Assembly (NCBI GenBank): GCA_000708835.1 | Contig: DF236961.1 | Location: 378,332 to 442,331 of the forward strand | Reading direction: 5' to 3' | Length of the DNA stretch: 64,000 nucleotides | Source: Klebsormidium nitens | Lineage: Eukaryota > Plantae > Klebsormidiophyceae | Part shown: in pieces, positions 23,559-37,020 of the stretch | How positions within the stretch are numbered: position 1 is the first letter of the stretch | Layout: every line of letters starts with the position of its first letter | Position numbers and translations under genes: made by a program | Notes under the pieces: generated by a model | Told to the model about the DNA's origin: nothing | Databases searched by the model: none | What the model saw: the letters and a program-made list of their open reading frames with translations, nothing else

Positions 23559-26500
23559 TTAAGGGGGGTCGCTCTCCCTAAAGCTTGTCCCCCCTGGGGC
23601 CGCAGTTAACCGGTCCGCCTGCGCGGCGCCCAAATCTAGCTGAATCCCATTTCCGATCGTCATCACATTCTCCATCTTTGCGGAACCCGTCGGCTCGCCG
23701 TCGCCGAGCGCTATCCCGTTCAGCCCGGGCATTGCGGCCCCATTCACGGACTCCTCTCGCGGGGGGGTTGCGACGGGGGCGGAATCGGCCCCCCCGGAGG
23801 ACGCGTCGTCGAAAAGCGAACCCCAAGCGGAAGTCACCGCCTCTTCGGTGGAGACTGGCGCCTCGGGTAGCTTCTCCCCGATCAGATCCGCCCACACGTT
23901 CGCAACCGCGGCCGCGTTCGGGTCCTTAAATCCTGTAAAGGGTTTTAGCGGCCGGGGCGCGCCGACCATGTAGAATGGCCGCGTTCTATCGATGAGCGAA
24001 TCGAGCTTCGCGAGTGCCTTCACCTGCAGGCAGATGATACAGCTTTTATAACAACGGCTAAGCCCAAGAAACGCAACTCTGAGGTGGTTGCATCTTACGA
24101 CTAAGTTCAGCGGTCGGGTGTGCTTTCAACTCAAGCTGTGCCAGAGGTTTTTGAAACCGACTGTAAACGAAGGAGTGTCAACGTAATCTGCAAAGGCCGA
24201 CGGCGTCATAAACCGCCGGCGAGATGGGGCAGCTAAAGAGGCCGTACGCATTCATTTGAACAATCTCAACTCGTGAGTCTATGCCTTTTAGAAGCAATTT
24301 ACAGCCCTTTAAACTCGAGAGGCCACCAGAGAGCCCGACCGTGTTATTATTCACGCAGGCCCTGCACACGGTTCCGACACTGTATCAACGTACACGGTCC
24401 TCGGGCAGATTACACACCTGCGTCTGGTTGGTCATGAGATCCAAGATCTCGTCCCGCCATTGGACGACTCCCTCGTCCATAACTTGCATCTCGATGACCT
24501 CATCGGCGGTCAGCGGCCGCCGCTCGTTGTCGTTCAGGACGGATAGCGTGTAGTCGAGAGAAGTGATGCCGTCCTCGATAGCGGTCAGCACCTCTTCCGG
24601 GGTACTTGGCATCCGGTCAGCAACAGGCTTATAGTCTGCAGCAAGAATGTGGAGTCTTAGAAAAGCTTCGCGAGAGACACTTCGAGGGGATTTGTCGAGG
24701 AAAGTGATGCCATTCTCGATAGCCATAGGACTTCCTCCGGGCTGCTCGGCATACCGTCCGCGACTTGCTTGTAGCCTGCGCATAGAAACCGGGGAATGTT
24801 CCATTTCGTGACAGATACAGCGTTTGGATCAGTAGATTCGAGGGACTTAGACGAGTCAAGATGCCGTCCTCGATAGCAAAAAGGACCTCTTCTGGGGTGC
24901 TCGGCAGAAGGTCCCAACAGGCTTAGGATGCACGCAAAGGAGTCGGAATCAATATGCTTTACACCGACACGGCCTTTGGAAGCTGCATCCGAGCGCACCA
25001 TTGCACGGGAGATTGAAGGCAAGAGCTTTCGGAGAAGTGGAGTCCAAGAGCCTGATGTTGAGCGGCAAAAGCTAAGGTCCAATCAACTTTTCGGCTGGCA
25101 AAGAATCCAAACTCGACGTTTTGAGGGCTTGTACCAGAGGTGTTTCGAGTGATGGCTTCGATTGAGCGCACCAGAAATACTACATTCAACCGTATGGCAA
25201 TGACAAGAGCTCGTATAAGCCTAGCTGAAACACTCTTCTTTCGGGCCTCGCTCGCACTAATCTCAAACAATAACCAAAAAACGGCTTCAAACGACTGCTT
25301 CAGCTGAGCGCAGCCGAATGCCCCAGACTCAATCTGGCAACCACGAGAGCTCAACATATAAGCCCAGCTAAGATGACGCACCGTCGTAATGAAGCGCCTC
25401 AGTCGCACTCATCCCAAGAAACCAAAGAACGGCTGAAACAAACGTCTCCCATGAGCGCGACAAAAAGATACTATCTGCAAGCAAACGCAAGAGCTCGTAG
25501 TTCAACCTAACTCAAAGGGACACCCCACGTACAACCGCGAATAGCTTACCCTCGTCTCCAAACACGAGCGCTCATGCCTCAACCTCGTTAAAAACAGGAA
25601 TCAACGTTCAGCAACGAACAACTCACCGTCGTCTTCGGTGCCATCACGTGCGGCCTCGTACGCCCGCAACGCATCGAGGTAGTCCCGGTCACGGACCACC
25701 TCGATGCGTCCGGTTTTGATAAGCTCGTCGATCCGAGAGATCGCACCCGATAGGCTCTCCATCACGTCGAAAGCGCCCGGGAGGATCGTGTCGCCCCGGG
25801 CCTTCATCTCCTCGGCGTTCCTACAAAGGAAATCAGTTTTGAGATTGCAAGATCGAGTCATATCTTCAAAACCTTGGGCATCCTTAGAAGCAAACAGTCG
25901 AAACTCGCAGAAGAGTGAGAGCAGAAGCTTGAAGAGGGTTGTAGGGAAAACGAGCCAGGGCATGATAAGAAAGATTGTGACAGACCATCCCGGACTCAAG
26001 ATAGTGAAGATATTAGGATTTCATTGCATTGGCTTGTGGCGTGCACAAAAAAAGCCCCCCTGGCCAAGCACGAGTCCTTGAAAGTGCGCTTTATCAGCCA
26101 CCTCGGACCACCGTCAGCAGGGATACAAGACGCGGAACCTCATAGAAAGACTGCACTGACATAAAAACTTGAAGACAATTTGTAGACTTGTCTAGAAACA
26201 CACAGATTGGAGAAGCGCAAAAAACCGCGCATCCTTACTCAATCATGTCCCGGTACGTCTGCTCCATTTCCGCCACCTCCGATTCCGCCAGCGGCTTCCT
26301 GAGGTACGGCACCGGAAGCCCCTCGTCCGCACGTAAGCCCTCCTCTAGATCCTCACGGATCTTTTGGATCGTCACCCCGATGTCCCGATAGTCCTGCTCG
26401 CTCAGGGGCTGGCCTGCGGGGCGATCGCCGGCGGGGCGCAAACCTGCATAAAAATCAAACAGAATCAAATAAGCATTCACTAATATTCCGACATCAACAT

Positions 26501-29500
26501 TGCTGACTGTCTCAATCGTCACCGCAACATCGCGATGGTCCTGCTCGCTCGAAGGCTGCCCCCACCTGTCGCCCGGGGTGCGGGGCACACAAAGCTGTAC
26601 TGAAGATCTTTGAAAGGAAGAAAATCTCTAACTTCAAGATAACCGACAATGTCAGGTGCGCATAAAATTCTGGTCCGTGTATGATTCTTCTAGATCGCTT
26701 TTGCGAACCCCGGTGATCCTGTTTATTCAGTGGCTGGCCCGCCTGGTCGCCTGCAAGAGGCAAACCTAAACGGAAAATGAGATACAGATGTGAATCTGAA
26801 GTTACTCTCAAAAACGCCAGATTTTCAACGCTTACATGTCCAAAGAGGCACCGTATTTCTTGCAAGCGCATGGTCGAAGCACACTCCAACTCCGCTGCCC
26901 CGTCCCCACCTCGACCATTTGTTTTCTCAAAGCGCTTGAAATTTGAAGAGAAGAACCACCTCTCGATCCGGCAACTTGGAATCCTGTTCATATTCCGAAC
27001 CCCAAGATTCCCGCAACCCCTGCGAATCTTAAGACCCCTTTTGGAAAAAACCATGCATCAATCAAACGCATCCTCACTCACCCAAGCTCCTCTCAAAGTC
27101 CGCAAACTCCTCCTCAATCTGGTCCTCGAACGCCTCGATGACGCGCTCCCCCTCTTCCAGCATCCGCTCCGCTTCAGGGTCGCGGCCAAACCGGTTAAGC
27201 CGGTCCTGCCAGACGGAGGGCCGTCCGTTCTGCATCGGACGGCTCGGGTTTGATCAGATCAACGTGACCGGATGGGGATACCAGCAGATGCTGCTGTCTG
27301 CCACCCAGGCTGATTAGTGGGCCATTCTCTTAATCAGCAAAAATAACATGTAATGAAACAAAGGCCCAAAAACGGAAAAGCGGAGAGGCTTGAGGGGGCG
27401 GCAGTCCCCCCGGTTTAAAGGTGAAAAGGGGGTCGGAACAAGGAACCGTTTGCGTCTGAGCAGCTTCAGTCGCTATTGGACCACCGTAAGAATCCATGTT
27501 TAAAGGAATCGGACGGCTTGCTCCGTCGAGATTGCTAACAACTCAAACCAAGGCTAACTCTTGGAAGTAGGTACTGCTTACGTCTTTTCTGCTGTTGCTC
27601 CAGGTGCTGCTGAACCGTCTAATGCATCTTTGTAGTTGACTCAAAGTCCAAGAATCGGAAGCTGAAGGAAACCGCTACTTCCGCAGCATGACATAAAAAC
27701 GCTCGCGCATCAAGCCCTTCCTGCTGCGCCGTACAGGCACAATTTTACAATCATTCCCGCTTCTGCCACAACCTCTTCGAACTCCGTACACTTTCATAAT
27801 CTTCGACAGTCTGATCGTAAAGTCCCAGGTCTCATCACACTTGCTCCGCCACCCTGACTCTTCTCGTCCTTTGCATTCGTTTCCGGTTCTGCTTTTGCTC
27901 CTTTGATCTGAACCTGCCAATCGTCAATCTTATAAAAGTGTGCGTTTAGCCGTGAGGACCAAGTTCTGTCTCACCTGCTCTGCCGACCTGCGCTCCCCCA
28001 CCCACGCCTCCTGACTGCCTTAAAATCGGTTTCCGTTTCTGCTTTTGCTTCTTTTACTTGAATCCGCAAATTGCACTCTTGGAAACAAAGTGTGCTTTCA
28101 ATCGTGAGGTTTTAAAGTCTCACCTGCTCTGCCGACCTGCGCTCCGCCGCCCACGCCTCCTGGTTCCTGCGGTACTCGTCCTTCTTCTCCTCCAGCTCCT
28201 GCCGCATCTGCTCCGCCTGCCCGTACATCTGCAACGAAGTGACGTCAGCAGGACGTCAGCGACTAGGTGAGGTCAGTGCTCGACGTTCTGCGGCTGATTG
28301 CAGTCAGGCTGCCAAACGTTCTACTTCTTGCTTACTTTCCTGGAATGAGCGAGTCTGATCTATCCCCACTTCGTCTCAGCAGGAGCTTCTGCTCGGCAAT
28401 GCATTGGTGTGCGCATCTACTAGCCGCTCTGCTAAAAGCAGACAAAGCCTATTTACTAATGATGTGGGCAGTCTGTCTCGGTATGCCCCCCTCTCCGACT
28501 CAACAGCAGCCCCTGCTCAGCAAAGCTTACGCCTTATGCAGGGGGTCAACTACGCACCAGTAACCGACCCGACTATCGTTTCAAGGGCCAGAAATCCGCC
28601 ATAGCCTTCAGCCTTGTCGAGCCTCAACCTTGATCAGAGGCTGCTTACATTCAGGCTTTTAAGCACCCTGTAACACATAGTTAGGGGGCCAGCTTGTACC
28701 CTTAAAACCACCCCCCCGGTTTCAACTCACCAGCAGCTTCTGCTCCGCGATCTTTTGTCGCAGCTCCTCCTCGCTCTCCACGTCATCGAACACGCCCGGC
28801 TGCAGCGGGAGGTCAGGGAAACGTGGCAGGTCGCCCATTCGCCACGTGGCCTCCAGCATGGCTTCCTGACTCTTGTAGCTCGCCTCCTGGAGCGTCCGCC
28901 CGATGAACGCCTGGAGCTCGGAAGGGGTGGGGGCCGGCGCGTCGGGGGTCTTAGGGACCACTTCGTCGTTTACTAGGGTGTACTCGCCAGCATCCTGCCA
29001 AAAACAAAAACACCAAATTTCTTTTCAGCTGTTATGATCAGTCCGTAATCTGGCGCGTCGGGAGACTTGGGGACCACTTCGTCGTTCACTAGGGTGTACT
29101 CGCCAGCATCCTGCCAAAAAGGAAAGACCAATCATAAGATCATTAGTTATGTTCAGTTCGTAATCTGGCATGTGGGAAGTCTTGGGGACTACTTGGTTGT
29201 TCACTAGGTGTACTCGCCGGTTTCCTGCAAAGAGTCCAAGTCTTCCTTAAGCTCCCAATAAACGTCTCATAATTTTGCGTGTCAGGAGCCTTCGGGATCG
29301 TTCACTGGTGTGGAGTCGCCCTTATTTACGATATCTCCAAGTCTGGCTCGTTTTCCTGATGTCTAGCTGAAGCCGAAGAAGTTGTTGGGTAACGGCCAGA
29401 GCCGGGGGTCAAAGGGGTCAGGGCCGGCGTGTCAAGAGTTTCTGGGAACACGCAGGTTATTAGTCGGGGTAAACTCGGCCGCTTTCTTTTGACACACATC

Positions 29501-32500
29501 CCACTGGCTTGTCTAGCTGAAGCCACACATAATGTTCCAAGACCTAGGAGTTTAGGAGGTCTCAGAGTTGTTGTCTCTCACGTAAGAATGTTTGTCAAGC
29601 GCAGCCAGAGACTCACGAACCCATCAGATCAAAGTTGGCCCCTAAAACACACTCCACTTTACGGAGCCATATAGCGCAAGGACCGGAACCGGATTCAGGA
29701 GAAAAACTACAGGCTATTCGATCGTCGATGAAAGTACCTGTACTCGAGCATTTCCACCGGTTTCGTAGATCCCCAGAACTAAGCAATTGAATGAGCAGTA
29801 GAACAGGACACACTAGCGCCTCACCTTGTCCAGCTTGTCGGACTCGCTCGTTACCCAGGCCCGGCAACGGCTCAACGTCTCCTCCAAAATACTCAGGGCT
29901 GTCGTCCGATCCTCCCCGTCCAGCCCAAGCACAAAGGTCTCCTTGTCACCGCCCAGAGCGTTTTCAAGGTCGATCATCCTGGGAGACAGATTTCGAGCCG
30001 TGGTCAGACTAGCAATCTTCGGCCATTATGCAAAATCGAGCTCATGCAGCCGACCAAAGAACTCGTCTTTTTTGCCATGAAACTTGAGCGTTGCCGGGGT
30101 CTGTGACCGACTCTTCTTCCTGTGGGACTCGACGCTCTTGTGCGACCCCGCAGCTGGAGAATCGAAAGCCGGCCATGACAAGTTCCCCTGCCTAGAAGCC
30201 TGGTGGATACGAAGGGGCTTTCTTTCAGCTACCTTTAAAGAGAGCATCCACCCAAGTACACTCGTGCATCCGAGTCCTGAGGAAAGAAATCATCCGAGGG
30301 CCCACATTCAATCTCGAATGTCTTCAGCAACCCAACGCACCACGTGAACAAGTATCTGGTCGCTTGACGGGAGCGACCCCCCCTCTAAGACCCCGCAGTG
30401 CTTTTCAAGGCCCGATGTTACAAAGCGTGTATCACATCGGGCATTGGGAGAGACTAGCCGACTTACTGGTCTCCCTTGAAGCTGTCCAGGAACTCCTTCC
30501 GCTCAGCAGTCGGCATCAACCGCGCAACAGTGTATACTGCCCCGAAGTAGTTCTCCACCGCTTTCCGCATCGTATCCAGACCCATCCGGAGCTCCGCGAC
30601 CTTCTCAGAATCTTTTGGGGCGCCGTCAGCGGCTGATAGGTCCCCCTGTAGGACGACGAGGATGCTGAGTGGCCCATATAACACTTCCGCACTCAGACTG
30701 TCTTCCTCCGCTCCTAACACACGTAGTGTTTTGCCCAAAAAAGCAATTTTATTGTTCGCATTAAGATGCAAATATCATTTAAGAGTTCCGCACTGAGAAC
30801 GTTTCCTGTGAAGCATAAGGAGCTGACGCTCTGCAGCCTTTTCTGACATCGTCACAGAGTGACCCAAAGCTTGGTCTCTTACTCGGACCACAGCATCACT
30901 TTAAAGGCACACTTCTTGAAGCCTCGTGAGAGAGTCTCTCACGTCTGACACATCGAAACGACGAACTTCGAAATGCAAGCCAACAAAGGTTGTCGAAAAC
31001 CAGGATTTTTTTTTTGAACTGAAATAACCTTCTCGCAAGGCCACAATGACTGGACAAAAGTTGCCTCACATCATCTTCGTTATCATTGCAAGAGGTAATC
31101 AGCCAATAGAGAGAGGACCAGTCTACAGATTCCGACTGGAGCGACTCTTGCAAAGCCTGATCTCTGATAATTGGGTTCGGTAAGTGAAACATTCTTGTTG
31201 ATCTTACTCTCTTACCTGTCCAGCCTCTTCTTCTGTTGGCTTCGCTACGCCATTCTCGGGCTCCCTCTGCGAAAACGAGCAATCATCAGCACCACCGCTG
31301 CAAACTCGCAGAGTAAACCAGATCTCTACACGTAGAGATCAGCTACCAACGAGTATCAATCCTCAATGACTTTTCAAACTACCAAACACCTCGTTGAGCT
31401 TCTGTCAAGAATCAATGCTACCACTGCAGGTCACTAGCTCGCTGAAGACAAGAAGAACTTGGTAGATCAGGAAGTAACATGAAGGGCATTGACAGTCTCC
31501 TAATAGGGGACCACCACCCAAAATCCAACTATTTTGCAGCTGATCATCTTTGAAAGTGTTTCAAGCTTCAACGTGCAGTTTGAGGTCAGCCCTTTTTGAG
31601 TCTAAACTCAGTTTACCGCGCTTAAAACGAAGCATCATGAAAGACAAGCTTCGAAAAGCGTGCTCAAAGCAAATACCAATTCCTGCAAGCTGCTGCGCAA
31701 AACCATAAAGTGTTTCTCCAATTTTGCAGCAGTGGCAGGTGAATCCACTTACCGTAATCATGGAGGATGAACATTTGTTACCACCACAGCAAGACTTAAC
31801 TGCAGCCGACTGTCCAAAGGTAAACGGTAAGCCAACATGTGGAAAGGAAGGACTGCGGATGATGTACAATAACCCTAAATCCCTGAAACACAAATATGCC
31901 TCACCTGCGTAGCCCTCAGGCTGGCTTCCAGCTCAGCCTTCAGCTGCTCGTCCACTTCTTCATCGTCTTCCTCTTCCTCCTCTGCATACGCATCCTCATC
32001 GAAATCGTCGTCTACTTTCAAGCTCGCCCGGCCGTTCTCGCTGTTCCCCTCAGAGTCTCTGACTGCCGTTGCAGCTGTTGAAGACTTTGGGCCGCCAGCC
32101 TCGCCGAGGCGCTCAAAGATTGTGCTTCCTACAGGAGGAGTGCTTTGTCATACTTGGGGGCATCATGATTCTTAAAACAACAAGCAAATCTGTTGAGTCG
32201 GGGGATAGGGCGCCTGATCAGGCATTTGGCGTTCAAGGCTATAATTGAAGAGTATGACAGAAGGGGAACCTTATAGAACATGAAGATGAATCCCCTGCAT
32301 CAGACTAAGCTCTTGCTCTTGGCACATGAGCTTTCTCTGACGAAGTGGAGGGCTGATGGTGGTGGCTAACATGCTTCAGAACTAAAGCACAATTTGCGAG
32401 TTCAGTATTTGACATGTTCAGAACCCTAGAACTAGAACAGTCCTGGTCGTTAGTGTCATTCTTGCACCTTCAGTCAGTGCCGGTGGTTATACCATCTTCA

Positions 32501-33722
32501 TTTACAATTGCCAGGCACTGACTTCAGATAGAAACAGTTCCTTCAAGGGTAAGTCAGCATAACATCAGAGATGCGTCAGCAGCCACCATCAGAGGGAAAT
32601 GAATAAATATGACTTTAAAAATAAAGCTGAGATGGTATCTGCAAGAAAGAGGGGGACGATGCAAGGGTGGTGGTTTTGAATATAGGTCATCCTTTTGACC
32701 AAACCAGTAAGTCGCAGCAATAGCGCAAGGCATTCATTAACATTAAGTGCAAAAGTGCGAGTTCTCTGTTGGGTGCAGGTGATTTGACATCACTACACCT
32801 TCAACGGCCAAAGGAGTGATGTACAAGAAAAGTTGAACCTTCTATCACAAAACTGGTCAAATCAAAATGGGCACCAAAGATCCTGTGTGACGCATTTGGC
32901 TCACAGTTGAGAGGTAGTGTTGATTGGAAAATATCCATTCCCTGGGAAGAAACATCTTAGGTTAAAAATAGTCTCCCACTAGCGGACATAGCAGGTTTTG
33001 AATTCAAAGAGAGGGGCATCATTCCATCAGCTTCCATGAGTCATATCTCTCATAAATCAACGGGCTGTCAATTGGCAGCGAGGTCAGTGGTAGTCATCTA
33101 CGGGGGTCCAGCAGAGAAGCCCACTCCTCAAAATGGCTTTGAACCTCAGAGGACATAGTCAAGGTTCAAGTAGCTGTTTCTCATATTAACCTCACACTGA
33201 TAGGAGGAATTGTGTGCATTGAAGTTCCACACATTAAAATTATGCGTTGAGACGCAGGACCACCAAGCAAACAAGCTACTTTGCATAATGTTTGCACGAA
33301 AACAAGCGACAATTGGCGGAGCAGCTAAAACAGCGCACACCATTACCAACAAGCGATCTCAAACAATTATCAAGTAGAACAGTAAGGTCCTCACCTGACG
33401 AGCCTGTCCCGCCAGTTTTGGACTCTCCTTTGAGGCCATGCAACCACTTGGCCCCAACTCGGACCTCACGTTTCCTTGGCTTGCTGAGGCGCACTCCTCG
33501 GGCAGGCAAACCCCCGAATGTCACATCCTCATCGAATACCCAAGGCAGACTATTACTAGCCTGAATGAGATTTGGCTGTCTAGGAAGCTTTCCTACTTTG
33601 GCACATGTCGGTCGCGGCAGGGGGCTGCCATACCACTCCTTCCCGAAGTGAGGAGGTGCCCCCCCTGTGAATAGACCGGTTTGGAAAGTGCTGCCAACCG
33701 CGTGTGCCAAAGAAAGGGCCAT
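23559..33722 (-). CDS. Large acidic, largely helical protein of unknown function with a probable plastid transit peptide (>850 aa)
   Basis: Exons 33722-33395 and 32128-31905 are phase-compatible. Nine consecutive exons 30713-30467, 30008-29825, 28994-28731, 28228-28124, 27205-27082, 26443-26239, 25820-25627, 24635-24418, 24023-23559 are phase-compatible with canonical splice sites. The link between 31905 and 30713 needs at least one unresolved exon, so this could be two genes. Confidence 0.7.
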
Positions 33723-34702
33723 GCCTGTTGAAATCTCTGACAAACTCGAAGGTAACTTACAATGCAGCCCTTCTTAGTCCAAACAACCATGCCACTTGGC
33801 AGAGCTCGGCTAATTTCCTTCGTCACCACTACCTAGCGCCCTAGATTGCCAGGAGATCGCCCCTGCAGCAATGCTGGCGCAGCAGGAAGTGGGAAAGCGG
33901 AATTGAGGAACCCGCGAGGCTGATGAACAGGAATCAGAACAGTCTGGCTCCATCATAGACTCTAGACTCTAGAGTCTAGCCTTAGGATTACCATTACCGT
34001 GCACGATATTTTGAGCAAAATGGCTCTCTACGCCGTCCATCTGTTTTCACAATCCTCAATCGACGTTTCTAGGTCTGGGTTATAAAAATGCAGGTACCGT
34101 CGGATTGCCTTTTCCCGGAGCCATCGAACGGTCTGATCGGGTTTAAATATGACCTGCAGAGCGAACAATAGACGCCGCTCCTAGTTCGCAGCTTTGCTGA
34201 CTCATGTTGGGAGGGACAAGCTCAGCTGCCAGCTGGGTGGAACTTTTCGAAGATGCCAATGGCGTCTCTCTGTGTGTCTCCTCCTTGCAGGAGCGCTTTT
34301 GCAGCACTTGAAGGTGGGCAAAGCATCATATAAGCTGAGCAGCTCAGAAGCTCTCCCCGCAGGCGGTTGAGAACCCTCAATTGCTAGGAAGTGCAGCAAT
34401 GCGGCTTTGAATTTTGAAGCAGGTGCCTAACGCAGCATTCTACGGTCTGCAATTGCCTGTCCCCCAAGAATTTGGCCTCTCGATACTTTAAATTCTAAAC
34501 ATCGCTTTGCTGATAGGCCCCGCCGCTGTGCAAAAGTGTTCAGTGGTGGGGACAAACTTTGAGAAGACAGTCTGAGTACCACCAGCATCAAGAGATCGTG
34601 AAGGAAAGTGACTGACGCCGTCGCTTCCCTCATGTTAGACACTTGCGAGACGGGCTTCTGCTGCGAAGCTCGCGAGGACTAGCTGGCTCTCAGTGACTTT
34701 TG

Positions 34703-35809
34703 ATGGCAAGCCAGAAGGATACCTTGGACAAGGCGGTTGCATTCTTTCAAAAAAGAGACGGGGTTGACAAAGCACTGAAGATATGTAGGTACACATCAAA
34801 GCTGCTGCTCAAGACAGATGTTGTTGCTCCCAGCTCGCACTTGGCACAGAGGCTAGCGGAATTTGAAGGAAGCGTTGGAATCAGCAGAAAGGCATTCCGG
34901 CTAGGAAAGTTCCTGCAAGACTTGGACGCAGTAAGGAAGGGCCCAAAGTTGTCTACCAGGGATGGACTTCTTCATCTCATTGCCAATGGGTTTGAGGGCG
35001 CATACTACTTCACCGAGCAAGGCATCTGGCTGGTAAGGACATTTGGATTCATGAGTTTTTAGTCACTTGTCAACAACGGTGTATTTTTTGGGCCCTTGAG
35101 CTTCTGAGATCCAGATTGTGTTAATGTAGATGAACGCCTTGCCAATCTTAGCGCATACGAAAACATGCTATCAACCTCTTGAAAGACATTCACTCTCCTT
35201 CATCCATTGGGGCCTTGTTCATACTTGATACCAGGCTTCATAGAAACCTGCTGGGTTTGTAAAATCCTCTTAGAAATTGAACAAGCATGCAGATTACTCA
35301 AGCTGAGCTGAAATTGTGCATTTCCAGTCGAGTGAAAGTGGATTTTGAAGCCAGTAGAATCAGTCTGACAACTTAAGAAGAAAGCTAAGCCTTGATTAAT
35401 TTGCCATTTGCAGGCCAAAGCAGGACTGATTGACAAGAGGCACTGCGCGCCCTTAACAAAGATCAGTGCGTGGACCGAGTTCTTTGGCTACTTTGGGAGT
35501 GTTTCTCTCAGCTTGTTGGCCATCTCATCAACGTACAGACGAGAAGCGGAGTTGATCAACGAGCTTCGTGCACAAGGAAAGACAACGGTGGGCGATGGAA
35601 GTGAGGACGATGTTCGATTGAAAGAGCTTGCACAACTGCGAGCTAAGCGACTCTTGAAGATGATAGCAGTCGCCCAGGATGCAGCAGATGCACTGCTCGC
35701 CCTAGATGACATGATGGAACGGAAAAGCGTGCTTAAGAACCCGGCCCTTTTGGCTCTGGCCGGCCTGTTGTCGGCTCTCATAGGCGCCTACAAATGCTGG
35801 CCAACTTAG
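34703..35809 (+). CDS. PEX11: Peroxisomal membrane protein PEX11 (PEX11a-like), 241 aa
   Basis: Exons 34703-35032 and 35414-35809. Motifs FFQKRDGVDKALKICRY and SVGISRKAFRLGKFLQD are characteristic of plant PEX11a. Hydrophobic C-terminus. Confidence 0.92.
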
Positions 35810-37020
35810 CTGAAAACGACTGAGCCACTTGATTGGGTTCAAAGCTTTAAATTGCGAACTAGAGCATGCTATGAACTTCGAGATTGACTTGTAATTAGAT
35901 GAGGGTAAAATAGTTCTCTTAAAAGCAGTGTTTCAAGTGCTTTCTTCTTAAAAGCCCCGGGCCCGTGTCCAAACCAAAGCAATGGTGGTGATCCATTACG
36001 AAGTCACATAAATCACTCAGTGACTCGATCAGTGACGATCCAGAACGTCGGATCTGCTCAGAGCTGGCCCTGACTCAGTAAAGTAGGTATGTACCGTCTG
36101 GCACATGCGTCATGCTGGCGTACAGCCCCAAATATACTCCGTCCTGTCATGGCGGCACATGCTTACATGTTGCGACCACATGGACCAAAACAAAGATTAG
36201 TTGTAGGTCTGTAAACAGGCTTGTTGCGATCATAATTGTAACGATCGGAATTTGCTTCTAGAATGTATTTGCCGCCATATACGCACGGTGCATCCAAAAC
36301 CTCGACTGACATGCCGCGGCCATGCATGGGACTCCGGTTAACATGGCCGCGAGATGACGCGCGTGCAATTGGGTCACTAATTGCGAACGGCGCCTGGCCC
36401 ATTCGCAGCCCGAAACATATATGCGCGCCGTTCATTACTATAAGTGCAATTGCTATAAATATGCACACATACGTTACCAGCCAGCATGTTCAATGTATAT
36501 TTGATATTGATCCGGCATAAAAAGTTCGGATGCACCCGGGCGGCCTTGGTCGAATCATGCTATCCGATCACACCTCAATGAACAAACGTCCGGTCGCCGC
36601 CGAAGCAGCCCACTTGTTGGTCAAGGCTTCCGATCGAGTTCACTCCGACTTGAATGTCGAACTCAATAATCATTGAATGATAAGTAACACTTGTCGAGAG
36701 AATCAGCGTTGATGAATAGGTCTCGACACATGACGTGTGTCGGCGGTTGCATACGGAAAACTCGAATTACCAATGTATATGTACTCGTTCAGCACGTGAT
36801 GATGAGTGATCATCAGTGATTGGATCGATTATCTGCCTGCCTCCCTGCGGCGACCAGAGCAGCCGGCCAGAAGTGAAATTTAAGGCCGCAAGTAGATTCA
36901 GCCGTGATACGCAACCTGGTAACGTTGCTGGTCGAGCAACTTGCGACACCGAATAAAAGGTGAACAACTGCGACCGGGACCCTCGAGAAATAGCAGTTAA
37001 TGTATAACGAATCGACGAAG

